From assembly GCA_031384415.1 (NCBI GenBank), contig JANNAM010000244.1, forward strand, positions 1 to 17,526: DNA of 17,526 nt, given 5' to 3'. Both the position numbers and the translations under genes were made by a program. Positions 7,748 to 15,788 of the stretch are shown in pieces (the first letter of the stretch is position 1; each line of letters begins with the position of its first letter). Origin of the DNA: Bacteroidota bacterium. Its GTDB lineage: Bacteria > Bacteroidota > Bacteroidia > Chitinophagales > Chitinophagaceae. Below the pieces are notes generated by a model. It was not told where the DNA came from. It saw only the letters and a program-made list of their open reading frames with translations, and searched no databases.

Positions 7748-8908
7748 ATGTTTAAAAGAAAGTATTTCCTTCTTATAGTTTTATTAATAGCACAGGTTTT
7801 ATGTTTTTCTCAAACAGACAGTCTTCCTGTAAAAATTAAACTGTATAAAAACACAACCGGCGATTCATTGTGGCTTACAGTTTCCATCAATGCTTACACA
7901 AAACCAAGCAGCCTCATGTTTACCGCATCGCTTGAAAACAGCAGGGCAAAAGACACTTTTTTTCTGCCGGTGATAGATTCCACTTCATTGTATTGCTTTA
8001 TTTTTCCACCAGGCATCCGGAAAAATTTATTGCTGCAGGCATATTTTTCGCCGGGTATTTTCAAAATATCAGGCATTATAAATAACCTGAAAAAACAAAC
8101 AGCCGTAAAAGCAATTCTTATTACCGATAACGAAAAGGTTTTTAACAAAGAGCTTGCCTTGCAGGATGGCAACCGCTTTACGCTGCCGCCGCTGGTTTTT
8201 GAAAACAAAGCCAGCCTTATTTTTAACTATGTAAAACAAAATAAATGGAAAGACCATCCCGATATTGTACTTACCACAACACCGGCTGTTGCAGACTTTA
8301 CAAACTTCATTTTTAGCGATACAGTTAAACGGGCTGATGAACATAAAAACTATCTGCCCGGCAACGAAAATATTTTAAATGACAGCACCGAAAAAGGAAC
8401 AACGGCAGACGATAAATATAAAATGCTGAATGAAATAAAAGTTACCGGCGTTAAAAAAAGCAGTATCCAAAAATTTAATGAGGCTTACAGTTCGGGCTTA
8501 TTCAAAAGTTCATCTGAAAGAGTGATTGACTGCATAGACAACGGCGATATTCTTTCCTACCCAGACTGCCTTTCTTTTTTACAATCACAAATTCCGGGCC
8601 TCCGGATGTCGGCAGATAATCCCGCCGAAATGACCATAGTGTGGCGTGGCAATGAAATGAAAGCATTTTACATTGATGAAATTGCTGTTGATATTGAGCA
8701 GATGCTGGGGATGAACACGGCAGATATTGCCATGATAAAAGTTTATCCGCCGCCCTTCTTTGGTTTATCCGCCGGCGGTGGCGGCACCATTGCTGTGTAC
8801 ACCCGCCGGGGAGAATACAGAACAGTAAAAGCCAGTGATAAAAAATGGCTGTTTACTGTTAAGGGATATGCCGAACCCGTTTATGTGTTGTTTGCAAGAG
8901 AAAAATAA
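7748..8908 (+). CDS. Secreted hypothetical protein with a C-terminal segment resembling the start of a TonB-receptor plug
   Basis: 386 aa. Signal peptide MFKRKYFLLIVLLIAQVLCFSQ. The C-terminal part ...LSFLQSQIPGLRMSA...IVWRGNEMKAFYIDEIAVDIEQMLGMNTADIAMIKVYPP...GGGGTIAVYTRRGE follows the LQGxxPGV...IRG...YVxDG...I.P.DIE.I.V...GVI.ITTK.G pattern of plug N-termini. There is no beta-barrel. Confidence 0.6.
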   Translation: MFKRKYFLLIVLLIAQVLCFSQTDSLPVKIKLYKNTTGDSLWLTVSINAYTKPSSLMFTASLENSRAKDTFFLPVIDSTSLYCFIFPPGIRKNLLLQAYFSPGIFKISGIINNLKKQTAVKAILITDNEKVFNKELALQDGNRFTLPPLVFENKASLIFNYVKQNKWKDHPDIVLTTTPAVADFTNFIFSDTVKRADEHKNYLPGNENILNDSTEKGTTADDKYKMLNEIKVTGVKKSSIQKFNEAYSSGLFKSSSERVIDCIDNGDILSYPDCLSFLQSQIPGLRMSADNPAEMTIVWRGNEMKAFYIDEIAVDIEQMLGMNTADIAMIKVYPPPFFGLSAGGGGTIAVYTRRGEYRTVKASDKKWLFTVKGYAEPVYVLFAREK

Positions 8909-8910
8909 AA

Positions 8911-9357
8911 CTACACTCCAAACTGCTGCAGGTGATGGTCTAAATGTTTCCATGTGCCTTTACTCCATTGCTCTTTGGTTAGCCTGCCAAAAATCGGATG
9001 TGGTTCGTCAATCATATTGGCTTCTGTGTAGCGGTTTATCATATCCAATAACTTTCCCTTCTCTGTATAAAATTCTTTTTCGTCCACAATTTTAAAAGAA
9101 GGATCGGTACTAAGATTGTGTTTAAACGGCTTATCGTTGTATAAAATTTTTTTAAACAAGGGGCCAATTAATCTTAAAACAAAGCTGCCTTTTATTTTAT
9201 GATTACCCAATGCAACACCCATCGGCATTTGGCAATGCCGCAGCATTTGTGCTACGTTCATTTTACCCCATAATGCCGGACTTTCTGGCGTAAGTTTATT
9301 TACCCTTTCGATAATTTCACGTTTTGTAGTTGTATCAAATAAATTTTTTACTCCCAT
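8911..9357 (-). CDS. DUF1569 / DinB-superfamily protein
   Basis: 148 aa: ...TPESPALWGKMNVAQMLRHC...EPHPIFGRLTKEQWSKGTWKHLDHHLQQFGV. The HP.FG.L....W......H..HHL.QF tail is characteristic of DUF1569. Confidence 0.7.
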   Translation of the reverse strand: MGVKNLFDTTTKREIIERVNKLTPESPALWGKMNVAQMLRHCQMPMGVALGNHKIKGSFVLRLIGPLFKKILYNDKPFKHNLSTDPSFKIVDEKEFYTEKGKLLDMINRYTEANMIDEPHPIFGRLTKEQWSKGTWKHLDHHLQQFGV

Positions 9358-9368
9358 TTGAAAGTATT

Positions 9369-9770
9369 TTATTTTTCATAATAAGGAACCTCGTCATTGC
9401 TTACTGCTTCTTCCTGTTCCCAGTAAGCCAATGTAACAATTTTTCCATCACTTGTTTTAAGCATGCGGCCAAAAATTGCATTGATGGAATTGAAAGTGTA
9501 ATCAGTAACACCCACCGTAAAAGTTTCAGGTGCTGCTGGCGGGGCTGGTAATGGCACAGCTTCTTCGCCTTCTTTTGGTGCTGGCGGGGCTGCAACTTTT
9601 GGCGGTGGTGTTGGTACAGCAATAACTTTGTATCCATTAAACTCAAGCAATGTTTTCAGGAAATTAACCCGTTCAGGTTTTACATTCCTTTCCACGATGC
9701 CGCATTTAACACCATCCCCACCGGGGCCTGTGGCCAGTTCTTCAAACTCATGATTTTTATTTAGTGCCAT
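9369..9770 (-). CDS. Hypothetical protein with a central Pro/Ala-rich linker
   Basis: 133 aa. Globular-looking N-terminal part (KCGIVERNVKPERVNFLKTLLEFNGYKVIAV) and C-terminal part (TFTVGVTDYTFNSINAIFGRMLKTSDGKIVTLAYWEQ) are joined by PTPPPKVAAPPAPKEGEEAVPLPAPPAAPE. It lies 11 nt upstream of the DUF1569 gene on the same strand. I recognise no family. Confidence 0.55.
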   Translation of the reverse strand: MALNKNHEFEELATGPGGDGVKCGIVERNVKPERVNFLKTLLEFNGYKVIAVPTPPPKVAAPPAPKEGEEAVPLPAPPAAPETFTVGVTDYTFNSINAIFGRMLKTSDGKIVTLAYWEQEEAVSNDEVPYYEK

Positions 9771-9781
9771 TTTTTTATTTT

Positions 9782-9848
9782 ACCGCAGAGGCGCCAAGGC
9801 GCAAAGTTTTAAAAAATATTTTCCTCAGCGCCTCCCCGCCTCTGCGGT
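9782..9848 (-). repeat. Compound GC-rich hairpin between nuoN and the downstream small genes
   Basis: Perfect 12-bp outer stem ACCGCAGAGGCG (9782-9793) / CGCCTCTGCGGT (9837-9848), inner stem GGCGC (9798-9802) / GCGCC (9828-9832), and an AT-rich loop. It ends 4 nt from the nuoN stop. In mRNA sense it has no 3' U-tract. Confidence 0.6.
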
Positions 9849-9852
9849 TTAT

Positions 9853-11253
9853 TTAAACCAGTTTACTTATATAATCATACACCCAGCTCAACAAACCCAG
9901 CAACACTATGCCTGCTCCGCAAATAATTAATGCAAGTTTTACAGTTGTATCTATTTTTATTTTTTCAACCGGGTTTTCATTCTTATCCATAAACATTGCC
10001 CTTACTACTTTTAAATAATAATAAAGCGATACCATCATGTTTAAAGCTGCAACGATGATAAACCAGTAAGCAGCTTTGGAAGCACCTGCAGTTATTAAAA
10101 AAAGCTTTCCAAAAAAGCCAGCCGTTGGCGGAATGCCGGCCAGCGAAAATAACGCAAGCGCCAGTATCCAGCTAAGAAATGGATTGGTTTTGTAAAGTCC
10201 CTTATAATCATTTATAGATTCTTTTCCAGTTTGTGATGAAATTAATTCTGCCACAGCAAATGCAGCAAGGTTACTGAATACATACACAAGAATAAAAAAC
10301 ACCACAGCACTTTGGCCCTGTATGGAATTGCTGCTGATGCCAACCAAAATAAATCCTACCTGGGCTATGGAAGAAAAAGCAAGGAAGCGCTTTATATTTT
10401 GCTGGCGCAATGCAAATAAATTTCCAGTAATCATTGTAACAACCGACAACAGCACAATCATATTGTACCAAATTGCATGCATGGGTTGAAACACTTTGTA
10501 CAAGGCTGCAATAAAAACAAATGCAATTGCTCCTTTGGAAACCACCGAAAGAAAAGAAGTGACCGCAATGGGCGAACCTTCATACACATCTGCGGTATAT
10601 AAATGAAACGGAACAATGGAAAGCTTGAATGCAAAGGCGGCAAATAAAAAGATAAATGCCATCACCTGCAGGTGAGTGCCGTTTAACACTGCCGGCAATT
10701 CTGCAAAACTGATGGTGCCCGTTGCTCCATAAACCAGTGAAATACCAAACAATAAAATACCCGAAGAAAAAGCCGAAGACAAAATCATTTTCATGGCAGC
10801 TTCGGAGGAACGTTTTTTATCTAAATCAAAATTGGCAAGTGCTGCAATGGGAATGGTGGAAAGCTCCAGCGATAAAAAGAACATCAGCAGGTTGCCGGAA
10901 GAAATCATAAAGAACATGCCCAGCAATGCCGAAAGCATGAGCATAAAAAATTCCGGCAAATGCGCCGACTTCCTTAGCCATCCGGCACATAATAAAGAAA
11001 TAAGATAAGTGCCAAGACTAAGAATATTTTTTTGAAAAGCCATTAGTGCAGTGGTAGTGTAAGTGGTGCCAAACAAACTTCCTTCCTTGTTAAAGAAAAA
11101 TCCAGCAATAAAATTCAGCAGCAACAACAACTGTATCAGCGGCAGCAAAGTTTCATTCTTTAATCCCCTGCCTATTTTAATAAACAGCAGCAGGAAGATG
11201 ATAAATGTTACCAGCAGTTCCTGTTTCATCAATATAAAAAAATCAGTGTCCAT
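9853..11253 (-). CDS. nuoN: NADH-quinone oxidoreductase subunit N
   Basis: 466 aa, polytopic. ...SIVPFHLYTADVYEGSPIAVTSFLSVVSKGA... is the ND2/NuoN signature. It sits immediately after nuoM in the nuo order. Confidence 0.9.
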   Translation of the reverse strand: MDTDFFILMKQELLVTFIIFLLLFIKIGRGLKNETLLPLIQLLLLLNFIAGFFFNKEGSLFGTTYTTTALMAFQKNILSLGTYLISLLCAGWLRKSAHLPEFFMLMLSALLGMFFMISSGNLLMFFLSLELSTIPIAALANFDLDKKRSSEAAMKMILSSAFSSGILLFGISLVYGATGTISFAELPAVLNGTHLQVMAFIFLFAAFAFKLSIVPFHLYTADVYEGSPIAVTSFLSVVSKGAIAFVFIAALYKVFQPMHAIWYNMIVLLSVVTMITGNLFALRQQNIKRFLAFSSIAQVGFILVGISSNSIQGQSAVVFFILVYVFSNLAAFAVAELISSQTGKESINDYKGLYKTNPFLSWILALALFSLAGIPPTAGFFGKLFLITAGASKAAYWFIIVAALNMMVSLYYYLKVVRAMFMDKNENPVEKIKIDTTVKLALIICGAGIVLLGLLSWVYDYISKLV

Positions 11254-12732
11254 TTATTTGCCTGTCAGTTTATTTGTTATTACTTCTGCACCGGGTGCTA
11301 TCAAATCATTTAACCAAAACGGCGCTAAACCTATTGCCAGAATACCAGCCAGTAAAATACCGGCTGCTAATTTTTCGTTCCAGGTGGCGTCGGTTAAATT
11401 TTTAAACTCATCTTTTATTGGCCCCATGGCTGTTTGCCCAACAGCCCTTAAAATATAAACGGCAGTTACCACTATTGACATACATGCAACAATTGTTGCA
11501 ATCCTGTAAAACATTCCTGGGTTTTGCCAGCTACCCATAAACACCGTCATCTCTGCAACAAAACCGCTGAGGCCCGGCAAACCCAAAGAACACAATCCTA
11601 CAATAAATAAAACAGTAGTTATAAAAGGCATTGCTTTCATAAGCCCACCCATTTCATTCACTTGCCTTGTATGTGTACGTTCGTAAATCATTCCAATCAC
11701 TGCAAAGAAAAGTGCCGTCATCAATCCATGACTAACCATTTGCATCACCGCACCGGTAATGGCAACTTTGGTAAGCATGCCAATACCCAACAAAACAAAA
11801 CCGCAGTGGCTGATGGAGGAATAAGCATTGATGTATTTTAAATCCTTCTGCATCATGGTGGCGAAGGCGCCATATAAAATAGCAATGGATGCAAGTACAA
11901 TTATATAAGGTGCATATTCTTTTGCTGCATCGGGCATCAATAAAGTTGCAACCCGTAAGCAACCAAAGCCGCCCAGCTTCATCGAAATGCCTGCAAGGAA
12001 CATTGACCCTGCAGTTGGTGCAGATGAATGGCCATCGGGCACCCAGGTGTGAAAGGGAAACAATGCAGTGAATACACCAAAGCCAACAAACAACAGCGGG
12101 AAACAAATCATTTGTGTTACCGCAGGAATTTTCATCTCTGATAAACGGAGTAAATCAAAAGTGCGGTCCTGGATGGAAAAATAAACACCCAGCATACCAA
12201 CCAATACCAATGCCGAGCCGCCCATTAACATCAGCGCCAGTTTATTGGCAGCATATTCTTTTTTACCGCTTCCCCAAATGCCAATCAATAAATATTTTGG
12301 TATCACCGCAATTTCTAAAAAGAAAAAAAGAATGAATAAATCAAGCGATATAAAAAATCCATAAGCACCAAGGCTTAATAAAATGAGCAGGAAATAAAAT
12401 TCCTTCGTCATTTTCTCCACCTTCCATGAAACCAGCACGCCGGCAATTACTACAAAAGCTGTAAGCAATATCATGGCAACAGCAATGCCATCAACTCCCA
12501 AATGAAAACTGATGCCCCATGAAGGAAACCAATTGTAGGTTTGCTGAAAAAGCATTTGTGCTGTATTGCCCGCCAGTGTTTCTTTGCGAAAAAGAAAAAG
12601 TAAAGCAAGACCAAGCCCCAACTGAACGGCTGCGCCGGCAAAAGAAACCCATCTTACCTGCTGCCGGTTGCGGCAAAGCAATACCGCAAGAGCAGTTGCT
12701 AATGGAATTAATATGAGTAATAAAAGATTCAT
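11254..12732 (-). CDS. nuoM: NADH-quinone oxidoreductase subunit M
   Basis: 492 aa. ...FPFHTWVPDGHSSAPTAGSMFLAGISMKLGGFG... is the ND4/NuoM signature. Its stop codon abuts the nuoN ATG with 0 nt spacer. Confidence 0.9.
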   Translation of the reverse strand: MNLLLLILIPLATALAVLLCRNRQQVRWVSFAGAAVQLGLGLALLFLFRKETLAGNTAQMLFQQTYNWFPSWGISFHLGVDGIAVAMILLTAFVVIAGVLVSWKVEKMTKEFYFLLILLSLGAYGFFISLDLFILFFFLEIAVIPKYLLIGIWGSGKKEYAANKLALMLMGGSALVLVGMLGVYFSIQDRTFDLLRLSEMKIPAVTQMICFPLLFVGFGVFTALFPFHTWVPDGHSSAPTAGSMFLAGISMKLGGFGCLRVATLLMPDAAKEYAPYIIVLASIAILYGAFATMMQKDLKYINAYSSISHCGFVLLGIGMLTKVAITGAVMQMVSHGLMTALFFAVIGMIYERTHTRQVNEMGGLMKAMPFITTVLFIVGLCSLGLPGLSGFVAEMTVFMGSWQNPGMFYRIATIVACMSIVVTAVYILRAVGQTAMGPIKDEFKNLTDATWNEKLAAGILLAGILAIGLAPFWLNDLIAPGAEVITNKLTGK

Positions 12733-12794
12733 TTTATTTTTTTGTTGGCCAAGCTTCAGTATTTCTATTTAGCTTCATTGGCAAGGATACTTAG

Positions 12795-12827
12795 TTATTA
12801 TTTCTTTTTTGTAAAAAGAAACAATAA
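12795..12827 (-). repeat. AT-rich hairpin in the 130-nt nuoL-nuoM spacer
   Basis: 12795-12809 pairs with 12813-12827 at 14 of 15 positions. The core is TTTCTTTTT / AAAAAGAAA with a 3-nt loop. Only one G-C pair, so it is thermodynamically weak. Confidence 0.4.
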
Positions 12828-12862
12828 TCACTCTTGTACTTTTATTTTTCTATTCAGCAATG

Positions 12863-14845
12863 TTACTTCCAGATATAAATGAACAACAAAACCAGCCCCA
12901 GCACCCCTGCAAAAAAGTAAGCTGCATACTGCTGCACTTTACCCGATTGCATTCCTTTTATCTTTTCAGCAATTGCCTGTGTTGTATTGCCCGTTGCATT
13001 CACCAATCCATCCACCACATTTTTGTCAAACCATGCCGCAGGCCTTCCAATTAAATTGAAAATTATTTTTTTAGTAATGAAAAGATACATCTCATCAATA
13101 TAAAATTTATGATACACTGTTTTATATATGCCGCCCAGCGATGCAGCCATTTTAGCCGGTCTTTCATTTTGTTTTTTATACAGCCAGTAAGCCAGCATAA
13201 TTCCTGTTAAGCCAATTGCAACCGGCGCAATGGAAAACTGCCAGTGAAAATGACTTTCTAATTTTGTTCCGTCTGAGCTTACAAAATTTCCGAAGGGAAT
13301 AAAACCTGCAGCCGCAGCGCCAACTGCTAATAAAACCAAGGGCATCATCATGGCAAATCCACCTTCGCTTTTATGCTCTGCTTGCTGCACATGTTCCTTG
13401 CTCCAGAAAATAGAAAAGTATAAACGGAACATATAAAAAGCAGTGAGACCTGAAGTTATTAATGCAATCCAGTAAATAGATGGATTGTTATTGTAGGCAG
13501 CCAGTAAAATTTCTTCTTTACTAAAAAAACCTGCAAAAGGCGGAACGCCTGCAATAGCAAGGCAGGCAATTAAAAAAGTAAAGTGCGTAATGGGCAAATG
13601 TTTTCTGAGGCCACCCATGTCTTTCATTTCGTTGCTATGCACATAATGTATTACAGCACCGGCACCTAAAAACAACAATGCTTTAAACATGGCATGAGTG
13701 AAGAGATGAAACATAGAAGCTGTGTAACCCAATCCTTCTTCTCCGCCATATTTTGAAACGCCCAAAGCAAACATCATAAAACCAATTTGCGACATGGTTG
13801 AATACGCCAGCACTCTTTTAATATCTGTTTGTGTGCAAGCAATAACAGCGGCAAAAATTGCAGACACTGCCCCTACCCAACCAATAATTGCTAAAACGCC
13901 GGAAGTTGCGATTGAAAAAACAGGAAACAATCTTGCCACTAAAAATACACCAGCCACCACCATTGTTGCAGCATGTATCAATGCCGAAACCGGTGTAGGG
14001 CCTTCCATTGCATCGGGCAGCCAGATGTGTAAAGGCAGCATTGCACTTTTACCTGCGCCGCCTATAAATATCAGCGCCATGCCCCATGTTAATGCAGAAG
14101 CACCAAGAAAAGAAGATGCGACTGCAGTTTTCATTTCGGAAGATTCAGGCGAAGTAAGTGTGGCAATGAGTTTATTAAAATCGAGTGTGCCCGCAGTAAA
14201 AGAAAGAATGAGTATCCCGATTAAAAAACCGAGGTCGGCAAACCTTGTAACTATAAAAGCTTTTTTGCAGGCAGCAACTGCCGATGGTTTGTTATAATAA
14301 AAACCAATTAACAAAAAAGAAGAAACACCTACCAGTTCCCAAAAAATATAAATCTGGAAAAGGTTGGATGACATTACAAGCCCCAGCATGGAAAAAGTAA
14401 ATAAAGAAAGATAAGCGTAGTATGTTGGGAAACGTTCTTCGCCTTTTAAATAAGCCAGGCTGTAAATATGCACCATCAGCGAAACGAAACTTACCACCAC
14501 CATCATCATAACAGATATGGGATCAATCATTGCGCCCATATCAATAGATAAGTTTTCAGTAAATCTTAGCCAGGTATAACTGAATGCAACAGTCCGGGGA
14601 TAAACTCCTGCATAACTTTTAGAAAAATATTCATACGCCACATACAGCGATAAAATTGTTGCTGCCAGCAACAAAGCTGTTGCGATAATGCCGGAAGTTT
14701 CTTTAAAATATTTTCTGCCAAACAAACCGAGCATAACAAAACCTGCCAGTGGCAGCAGTGGTATCAGCGCTACAGCCCATCCTAAATCCTTCCCGAAGGG
14801 AAGGACTTGAAGAAACTCAGCTTGTAAAAAAAACTCTTTAATCAT
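12863..14845 (-). CDS. nuoL: NADH-quinone oxidoreductase subunit L (the N-terminal ~22 aa are uncertain)
   Basis: 660 aa. ...HIWLPDAMEGPTPVSALIHAATMVVAGVFLVARL... is the ND5/NuoL signature, and there is a long C-terminal extension. The conserved first TM helix (ALIPLLPLAGF) begins at about residue 24. Residues 14-20 are encoded by a palindromic element (see findings). Confidence 0.88.
   Translation of the reverse strand: MIKEFFLQAEFLQVLPFGKDLGWAVALIPLLPLAGFVMLGLFGRKYFKETSGIIATALLLAATILSLYVAYEYFSKSYAGVYPRTVAFSYTWLRFTENLSIDMGAMIDPISVMMMVVVSFVSLMVHIYSLAYLKGEERFPTYYAYLSLFTFSMLGLVMSSNLFQIYIFWELVGVSSFLLIGFYYNKPSAVAACKKAFIVTRFADLGFLIGILILSFTAGTLDFNKLIATLTSPESSEMKTAVASSFLGASALTWGMALIFIGGAGKSAMLPLHIWLPDAMEGPTPVSALIHAATMVVAGVFLVARLFPVFSIATSGVLAIIGWVGAVSAIFAAVIACTQTDIKRVLAYSTMSQIGFMMFALGVSKYGGEEGLGYTASMFHLFTHAMFKALLFLGAGAVIHYVHSNEMKDMGGLRKHLPITHFTFLIACLAIAGVPPFAGFFSKEEILLAAYNNNPSIYWIALITSGLTAFYMFRLYFSIFWSKEHVQQAEHKSEGGFAMMMPLVLLAVGAAAAGFIPFGNFVSSDGTKLESHFHWQFSIAPVAIGLTGIMLAYWLYKKQNERPAKMAASLGGIYKTVYHKFYIDEMYLFITKKIIFNLIGRPAAWFDKNVVDGLVNATGNTTQAIAEKIKGMQSGKVQQYAAYFFAGVLGLVLLFIYIWK
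14787..14805 (-). repeat. 19-nt palindrome TCCTTCCCGAAGGGAAGGA inside the 5' end of the nuoL ORF
   Basis: Perfect 8-bp stem TCCTTCCC / GGGAAGGA with a GAA loop. It is GC-rich relative to its surroundings and encodes VLPFGKD of the predicted N-terminal extension. Confidence 0.7.
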
Positions 14846-14865
14846 AAAACATTATCTACTGCTTG

Positions 14866-14886
14866 TCCCCCTTTAGGGGATAGGGG
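14866..14886 (-). repeat. Small GC hairpin plus purine repeat abutting the nuoK stop codon
   Basis: Plus strand: CCCCC TTT AGGGG ATA GGGG (14867-14886). The mRNA sense reads TAA-CCCCUAUCCCCUAAAGGGGG. It has the same stem-ATAGG-purine layout as 16409-16440. Confidence 0.55.
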
Positions 14887-15201
14887 TTAATTTTTCATTT
14901 CACTTGCATCTTCCACATCTATAGAATGATGGCTCCGGTATAAATTTATAATAATAGCAATGGCAACTGCAGCTTCTGCCGCCGCAATGGCAATAATAAA
15001 TAAGGTGAAGAAAACTCCGTCTAATTTATCTGGCCACAAATATTTATTGAATGCAATAAAATTCAGGTTCACACTATTTAATATCAGTTCAATACTCATC
15101 AGCATTGTGATAAGATTACGCCTGGTAAAAAAACCAAACACACCAATGAAGAACAAGGCGGCGCTGATAAACAGCATATGATATAGTCCGGGTTGCATCA
15201 T
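14887..15201 (-). CDS. nuoK: NADH-quinone oxidoreductase subunit K
   Basis: 104 aa, three TM segments: ...FFTRRNLITMLMSIELILNSVNLNFIAF...AAAEAAVAIAIIINLYR, typical of NuoK/ND4L. It overlaps nuoJ by 4 nt (ATGA). Confidence 0.9.
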   Translation of the reverse strand: MMQPGLYHMLFISAALFFIGVFGFFTRRNLITMLMSIELILNSVNLNFIAFNKYLWPDKLDGVFFTLFIIAIAAAEAAVAIAIIINLYRSHHSIDVEDASEMKN

Positions 15202-15716
15202 GTTGTTTCAGGTTTTGTACGCATGGCAATAACAATACACCCTATCAATGCAGCCAGTAATAATATACTTACCAGTTCAAATGGTAAAGCATAGCCATTA
15301 TTATCTATCCCCATCATCTGGGTGCCAATATTTGAAACTGTTGGAAGCATTGGTTCTTCAGCAGCGCCTGTAAACTTATGTTGAAAAACCTGCAGCATTA
15401 CCAAAGCAAAACCACAAAATGCAGCCAGTGCCGCAAATATTTTTCTGCCTAATTTTTGTTTGGGTAGTTTTTCTCCTGCCTGCTGTGTTAAAAAAATGGA
15501 GAAGATGATGAGTACAACAATTCCTCCTACATACACCACAATTTGCACAGCAGCAATAAACTGGTAATCGAGCCAGAAATAAATACCTGCAATTCCTATT
15601 AAGGAAAACAATAAATAAATAGCGGCACGAAAAATTTGCGACGTAGTTACAGCCAGCACAGCACTTACTAAAGTGAATGCTGCAAGTAAAAAAAATATAA
15701 TTGTTGCTCCGCTCAT
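15198..15716 (-). CDS. nuoJ: NADH-quinone oxidoreductase subunit J
   Basis: 172 aa: ...VTTSQIFRAAIYLLFSLIGIAGIYFWLDYQFIAAVQIVVYVGGIVVLIIFSIFLT... is an ND6/NuoJ-like pattern. Its position between nuoI and nuoK agrees. Confidence 0.88.
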   Translation of the reverse strand: MSGATIIFFLLAAFTLVSAVLAVTTSQIFRAAIYLLFSLIGIAGIYFWLDYQFIAAVQIVVYVGGIVVLIIFSIFLTQQAGEKLPKQKLGRKIFAALAAFCGFALVMLQVFQHKFTGAAEEPMLPTVSNIGTQMMGIDNNGYALPFELVSILLLAALIGCIVIAMRTKPETT

Positions 15717-15788
15717 TTTATTTATGTCAATATTTTAAATCTATATCCTGCCTTTTTTAGAATTTTTATTTTAAAATTTTTTATTTTT

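Noticed and set aside
7506-8344. ORFs 7506-7703 (+), 7894-8208 (-) and 8069-8344 (-)
   Set aside because: They are out of frame or antisense within the fic gene and the 386-aa gene, with no support.
9525-9614. The P/A-rich coding stretch as an independent tandem repeat or VNTR feature
   Set aside because: There are only two imperfect copies of a ~17-nt unit, both in frame within a plausible linker. It is noted under the gene rather than as a separate repeat element.
8765-9646. ORFs 8765-8953 (-), 8835-9095 (+), 9330-9551 (+) and 9401-9646 (-)
   Set aside because: They overlap better-supported genes in other frames or on the other strand. 9401-9646 is merely the alternative frame of the P/A-rich region.
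10271-14297. Overlapping ORFs within nuoN, nuoM and nuoL (for example 11063-11458 +, 11732-12106 -, 13794-14297 +)
   Set aside because: They are antisense or out of frame relative to signature-bearing complex I subunits. Long spurious ORFs are expected opposite codon-biased membrane genes.
9853-14845. NuoL/M/N-like genes as an Mrp-type cation/proton antiporter rather than complex I
   Set aside because: They are contiguous with clear nuoH, nuoI (2x4Fe-4S), nuoJ and nuoK in the canonical nuo order.
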